Assembly: GCF_006345805.1 (NCBI RefSeq)
Contig: NC_043002.1
Span: forward strand, 23,498,001-23,562,000
Direction: 5' to 3'
DNA length: 64,000 nucleotides
Origin: Octopus sinensis
Taxonomy: Eukaryota
This document shows, piece after piece, positions 24,560-36,013 of this stretch. The position numbers were made by a program, and so were the translations under genes. Position 1 is the first letter of the stretch, and each line of letters opens with the position of its first letter. The notes beneath the pieces were generated by a model that was given only the letters and a program-made list of their open reading frames with translations, made no database searches and was not told the DNA's origin.

Positions 24560-25420
24560 AGAATTGACACCATTGACGAAAGTAATGTACACAGATGGAC
24601 ATAAAGCTTTAAAAATGGGAAAAAAACAATATTTAAAACCAAGTCATGCAGGAGATCATCAAGTGCTTCTACTTATACAAATCACCTGTGAGGGGATGAA
24701 TTGTTTGCACAAATGACTCAAAATCTGTGAGTTTACTGCATGACAGGACTGTGGTCACAATGCATTGCAGAAGATGGCAGAAGGCTATGGGTATCAAGAA
24801 ATGTGTGCAAAGAGAGTACCTTATCAGATGTCACCAAATTTGAAGGACACAGGAGAAAGTCTGTTTGAATCTGCTGGAAGCATTTGCAGTCAAGGATTTT
24901 TTTTCTTCTTCTTTAGATGAGTGAAATGCAGGTGTATTTTAAATCAACGCTCAAGCCATACAATTGTATCACATCTTTTCTCCAAATCCTAAAATGTTCA
25001 AGAGTAGCAATTGGCACAGAAAGTTCTGGGGACATAGTAAGGGTATCATTCTCCTCGATTTTTCTGAAACATAACTGTACTGTGAACAGTGAATAGTATA
25101 CAGAAATCACTCAAAGAACTTGGAGAAGCCATAGGGAGGAAGAGACCAAACAAGACAGAAAATGATCCACATTCACTAGGACAGTATGTGACATCTTTAG
25201 TAGTAAATCAAGCAATCAGCAAATTAGTTTGGTCAGGGGTCCTCCATCCACTACACAACTTAGATCTGGTATCCTCTGAACTTTCACCTATTCAGTTCAA
25301 TGAAGGACAGTCTTCAGAGGCAATGATCTGATTACACAGACATGAAAATGACTTTGAAGAAGTATGCACAGCAGTGCATACCTGAAGTTTTTCAAATAGA
25401 ATTAAAGGTTGAGATCAATG
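24560..25420 (+). mobile_element. Highly decayed mariner-type transposase relic
   Basis: Residual GY..CAKRVP (WVP-like) and HPLHNLDLVSSE (HPPYSPDLAPSD-like) motifs. Confidence 0.5.
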
Positions 25421-25993
25421 ATGGTACAAATGCATTGCTTATGGTTGGAGACTGTTGAACAGTACTATCGTATAGTGGAAGAATTACAATACCATTATGT
25501 GCAATTTGAACAACCTATGCCTGTTAAAGTTCTGCCCACTTCTGCATTACTTTCAGGCAACACTTATACATTCACATGTGTATGTGTTCATATGTGCAGT
25601 ATGGCCAAATGGTTAAGTTTACTTCATATTTGAGTTTGAGTTCAATCCCATTGCATGGCATTTAGGACAAATGTCATTTTCTATGGCCTCAAGACAACCC
25701 ATAACTTGTAAGTGAAACTAGGTAGGCAGAAACTGTATAGAAACTCATCAGGTGATTCAAAAAGTGTAGCCTTGTCACAGACTGTCAAGTTGATTCTGTG
25801 TGATAATTTCATTAAGTTTACACCTGTCTGTGGAATACTCAGCCACTTACATGTTAATCCAGTTGATCAAACTCAATCCTTGTTGAACAAAAATTGTGTT
25901 TCTGTATGTGATTTTGAATTCTGAAAAAAATATTTTAAGCAGTAAAGTACCCAGTGTCTTATTTCTTCCTCTCTCATTTGTATTTTCTGCTAG

Positions 25994-26197
25994 GTTTTAT
26001 TGAGACAACAGGAGAACTGTGTCAAGCCAGAACATCATACTGCCAAAATGAAATCTTTTGGGGTTACCGTTTCCAGCAAATTCTTCAATTTCATGAGTCA
26101 ATTAAGCGTTGGTGTGTCAATTTTAAAGACTTTGATAAAATAATTGAAACTCCAGTACCAGAGATGAGTGCCAAACATATAACAGCCATATGCACAG
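25994..26197 (+). CDS. KirB exon 3 (G-loop to end of Kir domain)
   Basis: Acceptor tattttctgctAG at 25992-25993; G-FIETTGELCQARTSYCQNEIFWGYRF..VNFKDF; donor AG|GTTAAA at 26198, or in-frame stop at 26200-26202 if not spliced. Confidence 0.92.
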
Positions 26198-26407
26198 GTT
26201 AAATGCTTTCACATCAATTTTAAAATTACTTGGTTTTTATTATTTATATTTTTATTTGTTAACCTTTGTATTCAGCTGACATCCTTCTTATACATTACAT
26301 CTGCCTGTACCAATGTCATCTTCCTCAGTCTACCTCTTCCACAGATCCTGTCAACTCAAGAACTTGACCCTTCTTTACATAATTGACATCATGCCCATAC
26401 CATTGAA

Positions 26408-26652
26408 CTCTCAGTATTTCCGATTCCTCTTAGATCCATTTTTCCCTCCACTCTCTCTCTCAGTATTTCCGATTCCTCTTAAATCCATTTTTCTCTCATC
26501 TCTCTCTCTCAGTATTTCTGATTTTCCTCTTAAATCCATTTTTCCCTCATCTCTCTCTCTCAGTATTTTCGATTCCTCTTAAATCCATTTTTCCTTCAGC
26601 TCTCTCTCTCTCTCAGTATTTCTGATTCCTCTTAAATCAGTTTTTCCCTCAG
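26408..26652. repeat. Pyrimidine-rich minisatellite, about 5 units of 49-53 nt
   Basis: cagtattt recurs at about 26412, 26461, 26510, 26561, 26614. Confidence 0.92.
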
Positions 26653-26729
26653 TTACTTGTACTCCACCATTCATACACATTAGTATTGCACACCCATCAT
26701 ATTTCTTCCCAGTCTTCACCAATGTTCCA

Positions 26730-27110
26730 CATTCAGGAACAGCATCTCTCTACAATGCAGCATTCTACTCCATTCACAAACATTATACAGTCTATTCTCC
26801 CCTCAGTAAGGCAAACTTATTGCCATAATCCAAGATACATTTTTATTCGTGCAACAGTACTTTTAGATCACCCAGCAACATCTGGTAATTAGGTCACCTC
26901 AGTAACAAAAACTATCAGCTATTCTTAAGGAATCATCTGAACATTTGAAAGAATTTCTCACATCTTGGTAACTTTTCCTGTACATATGCCACATACAAAG
27001 TCCATCTTCTTGGCATTCGTACCCACTTCTTTTTCATGCTCACTAAAACTTCCGTCTTTATTAGGTTTACTTTGAGGCCACTCAATTCTGGGTTTTGCTC
27101 TCAAAATTTG
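26730..27110 (-). mobile_element. Old RTE LINE fragment
   Basis: GLKVNLIKT, CGICTG, IADSFCY motifs parallel the 52 kb RTE. Confidence 0.55.
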
Positions 27111-28109
27111 AAATTATTTTCTCAAGACCTTTGGCAGATCTGAAACAATTTGAACAATTATCCTTAGAACCAGTCCTTGCACTCCCATCATTAAAACTTC
27201 TATATTTACTTGATGGACCCATCAACTCTTCACTTACAATCCAAGTAACTAAATCACTTACAGAGAAAGGTTCATATGGTCAGCCAGTCTTAATCTTGTT
27301 TGTAATGGCCTGGAGGATTATCATCAACAGGAGACTGAGCCCTCACGAACACTAAACTATAAACAAAATCTGTGCTGAACTCATTTCTAGTTCTCACCTT
27401 GCTGACAACACTATTGTACATGGCTTACATGGCTCTCATAAACTTTCATCTCCTAGTTTTCTTCCTAACCACCAGACTACAGAGCATGGAATCCTATGAA
27501 AGGCCTTCACTGAGTCGATGAGTGCTAAGAGTTAGAAGCTTTTCTTCCAGATCAGTTTCCCTATAACTCTTTCAGTAGCTTACATAACCTAATTTGATAT
27601 CTGTAGCTGCCTTTAGTGCACCTCCTTTGCTTGTATACCTGTCAGTACCATCATAAGGCACAGAGATACTGGGTGATTTGCCCAACGCCACATGGGTCTA
27701 GGGGCCCAATCCTGATCTATAAATACTAAAGTTTGCTGTCAGTAAATAAAATAAGGCCCAATGCATTCATTTGCCAGAGGGCCTATAATGTTAACATGGC
27801 CCTAGTCCTAGTTGACGATACAGCTACATTTGTCATGGGTATGACAACTCCCTGTATTTCTAACTAACCAGCAAATGACCTACTCCATTAGTTAACCCTG
27901 AGACTCCAGCTCCTGTTCCTACCAGGATATCCTTAACTATGCTTTCATCTATACAGCTGTCAACTTCCAAGATTGAACCCTCTGTCGGGTTTCCTAGGAG
28001 TAACCATTCTTTCCTATACATTTTCCTCAGTAGTAACAATTTCAAGCCTCTGTCTTTGGGAAATCAGTGATGGCAACTGTGTAGCAGTTCTTCTGTAATT
28101 ACTTCTCAA

Positions 28110-28522
28110 GCATTTGTCTTATGAAGAAAGGCTGAAGACGCTTGACCTTTATTCTCTAGAAAAACAACAATGCTGTAATGATCTCATTCTTGCTCACATC
28201 ATAAGCGGAAAGTCTAACCTCTTGAAAGAGCTGTTCTTCACTCCTGCTTCAGAGCGTCGGCTGCGGAGTCACTCCGAAAAGCTCTATCTGTGACGATTTC
28301 ATCTCAATCGAAGGAGAGGGGCTTTCTCCGTCCGGGTTGCGGATCCGTGGAATAAGCTGCTGGACGAGATAGTGAAGATGCCGACGACCGCTCGGTTCAA
28401 AGTCTCTCTTGACCAGAAATGGCCTAAACTCTTTGCATGAACACCCTCCCTGTACATAACTCCATGTCCCCCTACATGGCCTTGCTTTTTGAGCCAAAAA
28501 CTTAACTAACTTAACTTAACTT
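28110..28522 (+). mobile_element. 3' end of a second CR1-type LINE with (TAACT)n tail
   Basis: EERLKTLDLYSLEK..LRSHSEKL..FSVRVADPWNKL..FKVSLD, then cttaactaacttaacttaact. Confidence 0.8.
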
Positions 28523-29153
28523 CTCTCAAATGTGAATGTAGGCACATACCATACTCACAATGACACATTCACTTACACACAAATACATACTCACACACAT
28601 GTGCATTCTCACATATACATGCCATGTGTATATGAACACATATACACATGCATTCATCATGTGCACACCTACACACATTCACATGCACTCACACACGTAC
28701 ACTCATGTATGCTCATATACATGTGCATATATGCTCATACTGATATGCAGACACATAAAACCTTACACACATACTTATGTCCATTCATTCACATGCATTC
28801 TATCAACATTCAGACATTCACATACACATTGGAGAGAATAATAAAACACATACACATCAGACAATAGCTACAAGCCAACTTCTATATGGTCATTTAACCT
28901 GCTAGAAATAGCAGCCAAATCCCCTTCCAATTACACCTTTATCATCTAATAGAAAGTGCTCCTTATACAAGGCAGATCTAGATATACAATGTCTGAATAA
29001 AAAGATGACACTTACAGTTTGGACATCTTTTGATCATAGGTTTGTTGAATCAGGCAAACCTGGAATCAAACAACAACATTTTTCTATTTCATTTTTAAAT
29101 AACCAAAATGTCTCTTTCTTGGCTTCAACAAGTTGTAATTAATTTTCTTCCAG

Positions 29154-29325
29154 GTAAAGACGTTTTGGAAAATCCTCATTTTTCAACATCATTTCCTGGA
29201 GAATTCTCAGAGCAAAACCTGAAAGTCTTTGAGTCCATGTCAGTGATGAGCTCTCCTGGGAACCAGGCAAGAACCTATGCTGAAACACAAGACTTGGGCA
29301 ATCAACCAGAAATTCATGAACGAAG
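29154..29325 (+). CDS. KirB putative exon 4 (non-conserved C-terminal tail)
   Basis: Acceptor aattttcttccAG at 29152-29153, phase 1 matches exon 3; open frame GKDVLENP..IHER; donor AAG|GTAAAT at 29326. Confidence 0.6.
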
Positions 29326-31914
29326 GTAAATTACGTTGGTTTTGTGTGTGTGCGTTTTAATGAATGATTAGATTTTCAGTTGAAAACAGAAAAAGAAAAT
29401 CTATACATATAAAGCTGATCATCATCATCATTGTTCGACCGTGGTCGAGACAATGGAATTTACCATGCTACGCCAGACTTCACGTTCCATCATGGCATTA
29501 CGGAGGTCCTGTTGCTGGATGCCTTTATCCCTGGAGATTACATCAGGGTAGGAGAGTGTGCGCCCTCTGGTATTGTGAGTAGATGGCTTCCAGAGGAGAA
29601 GAGTAGAAATGACCTCTTTTTCTGCTCTACAACAATGTCCAGCAAACTGGACTCTCCTACCTTTCACAAGAGATGACACAGGTGGTAGTTACCCATATAT
29701 ATAAAGCTGAAGTTGTCTGTGTGTGTGTGTGTGGAAGGTTTGGTAGCCTTCAACTAACACTATCTCCTCCGAGACCCTGCGGCACAAGTTGACCAAACTT
29801 GAGAGTATGACAGAAGAAGGCTTCCTCTTCATTCCGTAGAAGAAAAAATTCAAATCAGACCATGTTAAGACCAAAAATTATTTACATCAAAAAGGTGCTT
29901 TTTCTTCTATGAAAATCCCTATTTTTTACGATTTTTTGACTGTTGTGTTGCTATTTTTTGGTGCATTTCAACCAGAAAAATGTTCACTAAAAGAGAATAA
30001 CAAGCTACATAATGCAAAATTTTTACTTTTCAAAAAAGATGGAAACTATGTCAAAACTTTGTTAACGCGACATCAAAGTCTGCCGTTTTAAGCGCAACTA
30101 AAAAACAAACCCAAGCAATGCCGGGCTATACTGCTAGTTGTCATTATTAACAAAAAAATATTAACTATATATGTACAGGCATGGCTGTGTGGTTAAGAAG
30201 CCTGCTTTCCCACCACGTTCTTTTGGGTTCAGTCCCACTTCACTGTACCTTGGGCAAGTATCTTCTACCATAGCCCCAGGCTGACCAAAGCCTTGTGAAC
30301 AAATCTAGATGGAAACTTTGTGGATGCCCTGTGTGTCCGTCTCCATTTATCCCCCTCCCTCACCACTTGGCAACTAAAGTTTGTCCACGTGACTTAGCAC
30401 AGTTCAAAAAAACAAAGTTATAAAAAGCAAAATGTATTGGGGGTCAATGTGTTTGACTAAAACCCTTTCAAGGCAATGCCCCAGCAAGACTGCTGTCTAA
30501 TGACCAGTCAAAGATGAAACCTAAAAATATAAACATTTTGCAATTTTATGCTGTTTTAGCAACACATCAAAGTGATACGAAAATAAAATAAAAAGCCAAA
30601 TAAAAAGACTATGTTTAGTTCCTGTTTCTACAGCTACGTACTTTGTGTGTGACAGAGTACTGAAGAGTTCCTGGCTTTGGGTAAAAGAAAGTACAGGAGG
30701 ATCAGTTAATTATGATTTTATACAACATATTCCCCTCTCAGATTCATGCACACATTGCAGCAGTCCTTCAGTTTTTCTAAGCCCTGTAAAAGAACTTGGA
30801 AGGTTGGGTCTCCAGTCAGGCCTTTCATGATACTCTTAAAGCCAAGAACTTTTCAGCCCCCCTTCGTATATACAATGTGTGTGTGTGTGTGTGTGTTGTG
30901 ATAAACTGACTGGATTGTCACAGCAGGAACATTCTCTATGGTATTTTCTGTTATAGCAGTTATCTTTTAGACTGTGGCCATACTGGGGCACCACCATCAA
31001 GAATTTAGTCAAACACGTCAACCCCTGTACTTATTTTTTTTTTTATTTAAGTCTGGTACTTTGTTACAGGGACATAAACACACAACACCAACTGTCAAGC
31101 AATGGTGGGGGGACAAACACATACTCTGGTACAATGCTCCCCCTTTATTTTCCATCTTCCAAATCTTCCCATAAGTCTTTAGTTGACCCAAGGTTATAGC
31201 AGAAGACACTTGCCCAATGGGTCAAACAGTGAGACTAAAACGATGTGGTTGGGGTGCACCTACACAGCCACACTTAATGAAATGTAAGCAAAATTAAGAT
31301 ATGTCCTGAATCGTTTCAAATTGTAACTAGGCATGGCCGTGTAGTTAAAAAGCTCATTTTGCAACCAAGTGGTTTGGGGTTCAATCCTATTGTGCGGCAC
31401 CTTGAACTAGTTTCTTCTGCTAAAGCCCTGGGCCAACCAATGCTAAAGAGTGGATGGATTTTGCAGACAATTCTGTGTTGAAGCCCACTGTGTATGTTTG
31501 CATACATGCACGTATGTATGTGTGTGCATACATGCACATATGTATGTATATATGTGTGAGTGTTCATGTTTGTCCCCCACTGTATGACAACTGATGTTGG
31601 TTGTTTAAGGCCCCATAATTTAGTGGTTGGGCAAAAAGAGGCCCGGCAGAATAAGTGTCTGATCAATAATAATTCCCGAGTTGATTTGTTATAGTAAACC
31701 CTTCAAGGCTGTACCCCAGCATGATCACAGTACTGAAATAAGTAAAATATTAAACAAAAATGATATCTTAAATATAACCAAAAAAAAAAAATGTTATTAA
31801 CAAAAATGCAGTATCCAACTATGAAAATTATCACATCTTTCAGAGAATATTGTTTCCACACACACACAAAGCCAATGGGGTAGAGATTCCTGGCATGGTG
31901 TTTGTGAAACACGT

Positions 31915-32076
31915 CAGAGGTAATAATGTAAATTTTAAATAAGGTTTAACGGCAAAGAAGCACTGGAAAGTATTTTTTTCAAGCTGTAGCAACTGACGTT
32001 GCTACAGCTTGAAAAAAATACTTTCCAGTGCTTCTTTGCCGTTAAACCTTATTTAAAATTTACATTATTACCTCTG
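31915..32076. repeat. Perfect 79-bp inverted repeat with 4-nt loop
   Basis: 31915-31993 is the exact reverse complement of 31998-32076; loop TGAC. Confidence 0.97.
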
Positions 32077-32489
32077 CAGCCAGCCACACTTGTGCCTGTG
32101 TGGTTGAGGAGCTTCGTTCTCAGTTATGTGGTCTTGAGTTCAGTCCCACTGTGGCATTGAGCAAATGTCTTCTACTACAGCACTGAGCCAACCAAAGCCC
32201 TGTGAGTAAATTTGTTGGATGGAAACTGAAAAAATGTGTGTGTGTATGTGATCGTTTATATTTGTGTTTCTCCAATAATTGCTGAACTACAAGCAGTGGC
32301 ATTGTTATTTCCCCGATCAATGCATCCTCTGCTGACATTGCACTTTCAATGTGTGAGTTAAAAGATCCTTTATTAAAAATAAAGGTTAAGTTTAGCAGCA
32401 GGAAGGACACCTGGTCACAAAATAATACCTCGAAGTCTGACCATTGAAAAAAACACATAAAACAAACGAATGCATATAATCACTCTTAA

Positions 32490-32710
32490 CCCTTTAGTGT
32501 TCAGAATATTCTGTTAAATGTAATACTTTTTCACTCAAATTGTTTTGAATTAATCATGCATTATCTTATAGCTTTGAGGTTTCAATGATGTGATTGTTTA
32601 TTTTCAGAATGGCATTGTAAGTTAGGAGTGAGAGGCTAGATATGGCCAGTTTGAATATAAAACATGTAGAATATATTGGGCCAGATATGGCTGGTTTAAA
32701 CACTAAAGGG
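32490..32710. mobile_element. piggyBac-type MITE
   Basis: TTAA at 32486-32489 and 32711-32714; perfect 12-bp TIR CCCTTTAGTGTT/AACACTAAAGGG. Confidence 0.85.
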
Positions 32711-32739
32711 TTAACAGTCATACAATTTATTTTCAACAG

Positions 32740-32752
32740 GTTCTCGATATAA
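32740..32752 (+). CDS. KirB putative terminal coding exon (..RRFSI*)
   Basis: Acceptor tttattttcaacAG at 32738-32739; phase 2 from exon 4 gives R-F-S-I-stop; total CDS 666+265+204+172+13=1320 nt. Confidence 0.45.
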
Positions 32753-33993
32753 CAGCTCCCAGGATGAAGAAAACTTTACCAACCACAGACAGATCTGATC
32801 ATCTATCACTGATTGAGACAACTCGTTTTTTAGTCTTTTGACAACAATTTCATTCTAACTTAGCATTTGAATTGAAATAATCCTCTTTATTGAGGGTCAG
32901 CTTTTAGACATTAATAAATTAATTTGTCATTCCCTTTTATATTTTAATAATACTTGAGGGTGATAAGGGGGTAGAAACAATGCCACTTGGTTATATATCT
33001 TTTACATTCTGAATTTAAATTCCTCCAAATTAGATTTAGCTGTCTTATCCACCAAGTGTTGATAAAATAAATACCAGCTAATTCAGTAGTTCTCAACCAT
33101 ATTTTACCTATCAAACCCTTTGATTACTATTTTATTCTTGTGGACCCCTCCCATACCCATTTGGTGTTTAAAAACTAGTTTTATAGACACATCTTTCAAA
33201 ATTTCTATTTTGATTTTTATCCATTCATTTGTTTAGGCTTGAAATTGCACTTGCAATAAATATATCTCATGGAAAATTTTTTTTCATTGACCCCTAAAAT
33301 ATTGTGGATCTTCAATTTACTACCTTACTTGCATGGACCCTGGTTGAGAACTACTGAGCTAATTTAATCAACCCTAACCCTTCCACTTAAATGTACGTTG
33401 TACCAATAATGAAGAGAATTTCTGCTTCAAAAATTCTCTCTCTCTTGTGTGTGTGTGTGTAGAAGGTTGAAAACGAACGAGTAAACAAGAGACAGAAAGA
33501 AGGAAAATGCCACTTGTATGCAAATATTCTTTTAAAAACTTTTTTAATTTTTCCAAAATTTTATTGTTTTCCATACTTACAGTTGAAAAAGTCTCAATGA
33601 CTGCAACTGGTACTGAAATGTTTTTATAAAATTATTTTAGCATTTTCTACCTTGACTTTATATATACAGATGTATGTGTTAATAGATATGTTATATTTCA
33701 ATTTTTCCTACATGAAAATGTAAATCTTTGTGCCAAGTGGAAATGAAACCCCTTAAACATAATTGACAGAATGGTAGGCACAATAGCACCTTTGACATTT
33801 CAGGACATTCACTTCTAATTTCACAAGTGGTGCTTTCATCCTTTCTTGAAGTCAATAAAATGAGTACCTGTTAAGAACTTCACATCTATCTTTTTTTTCG
33901 TTTTTTATGTGAACTTAAACAAAGGTGAAGAAGGGGAAATAATAAAACTATATTTACCTCCCTTGCACTGATAACTTAAAACCTCTTTTTGGC

Positions 33994-34817
33994 GGTCGGC
34001 GAATTTTTTTTTTCTCACGAGAGTTCCAGACCCCAGTAATGAACCCATTTGCATACAGTCTATCAGAGATCACCTTGACCTTGTTGAACACAAACAACTA
34101 CGCAGAGACAGCCATGCAGATAACGAACGATCAGATCCGTTCAGCTCTGAGATTATGCCTAGACACAAAGCCCAACATAACATTCGTGAACGTGTTAAAA
34201 ACAACCAATCTACTATCGGTAAGTATTTGTGTTGTTGTTTACTTTGTAAAACAGTAAGGGGAGAGGGTTGCTCGCACATCACCCTCATTTCCCATCCACA
34301 TCTTTACCAGCAAACCTAATTACTTGTCTCCTAAAATAAGGGATAACTTGGCGATCGGTCGACTTACAATACCATTCTTCGTCTTGACTTTACTTGGTAG
34401 AGCACCAAGAAAACTCAAGACTAAGAACGGTGTTGTAAGTCGACCGATCGCCAAGTGATGCCTGATTTTAGGAGACAAGTAATTAGATAGATTTGCTTCT
34501 ATACCTATGGGATTTTGTTAGGGCCCCATATGGTAAAGATGTGGATGGGAAAATGTGGGTAGAGAGTAATGTGCTAGCAACCCTCTCCCCTGTTTTACAA
34601 AGTAAAAAGCAACACAAATACTTACGCAGAGGCAGCCATGGTTGAAACAAGAACAACAAGCATTATTAAAAAGAGGAAAGAAGCATGGTCTGTCCTAATC
34701 CAAGTGACCTTATCTTATCGCCCATCACTTGTAAAGCGCTCATAAATTAGTTTGATAGTTGAGTTCTGATTCGTACTGGGATCTGGAACTCTCGTGGGGG
34801 AAAAAATTTCGCTGGCC
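33994..34817. mobile_element. Foldback element with nested inverted repeats
   Basis: Outer IR 34016-34038 / 34774-34796 (1 mismatch in 23, extends imperfectly); inner IR 34219 to about 34385 / about 34416-34625. Confidence 0.75.
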
Positions 34818-35967
34818 TCAGTCTAATGACATACAATTTGAAAGAAAGTGTAGATGGCAGAGGTGACCGAGTAGAGGAAAACATTGCTTGCATTCAGTCT
34901 CCCTTTACATTATAAGTTGAAATACAGCCAGCCTGGCATTGATTCTTTGAATAGTCTCTAAAATAGTTATGTATTCGCGATCAATTAAATCAGCTACAAT
35001 CCTCCCCAAAATCTATAGCCTCCATATAAAGTCGTTACTAATAGAATTGTAGAACTGACAGAGCGATAATCAAATACACTTCGCTGTTCATCCTTCCAGG
35101 AATTAGCAAAATAGGTACTAACTTAACGTTATACGACCCACACACAACATACATAGACTCATCTGCAGATGACTTTATAGAAATATCCTATCACAACTCG
35201 GATAAATCTAATCTCACTATTGGCTAATGCAACTCCTTAATCACAGACATAGAGCACCAAATAAAGTCTCATGTTTCCCAAAATAATTGAGAATAATAAT
35301 TTACAACTAGCCATCACATTCAGAGCAACACACACGCAAGAAACATTTAGTATTCAGTCTTTTCAAGCTTTCAGTATTCTGATTTTTAGCTCCTTTCAGT
35401 TTGTTCTGACACTCTTGCATGTGTTGTGTGTGTGTCCTTCCACCACGATTTGACAACTAGTATAGGTTTGTTTGGCAAAAGAGAGTGATTAGGCCTTAAA
35501 AAGCAGTTACTGGGGTCAGTTTCGCTAAACTGTTCAAGTCAGTGTCCCAGCGTGACTGCAGTCCAGTGACTGAAATAAGTAAAAGATAAACTGATACCTA
35601 TTGCTTAGTTACAAGTCATTCTAAATTAAACACTTAAATCTATGACAGGCTTCTTTCAGTTTCTATCTGCCAAATCTACTAACAGTTTTGGTTGGCCCAG
35701 GGCTATAAAAGACACTTGCTCGAAGTGTCACACAAAGGGGCCGAACCCAGAACCCTGTGATTGGGAAGCTAGTTTACTTACCACACCTGTGGAAATAATA
35801 ATTATGTGGCTGTGTGGTAAGTAGCTTGCTTACCAACCGCATGGTTCCAGGTTCAGTCCCACTGTGTGGCACATTGGCCAAGTGTCTTCTACTATAGCCC
35901 CGTGCTGACCAAAGCCTTGTGAGTGGATTCAGTAAACAGAAACTGAAAGAAGCCGGTCGCATATATA

Positions 35968-36013
<46 letters not shown>

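Noticed and set aside
28532-28867. His/Thr-rich ORFs (also 49047-49569, 58356-58786, 61068-61610)
   Set aside because: Degenerate (CA)/(TA) low-complexity sequence
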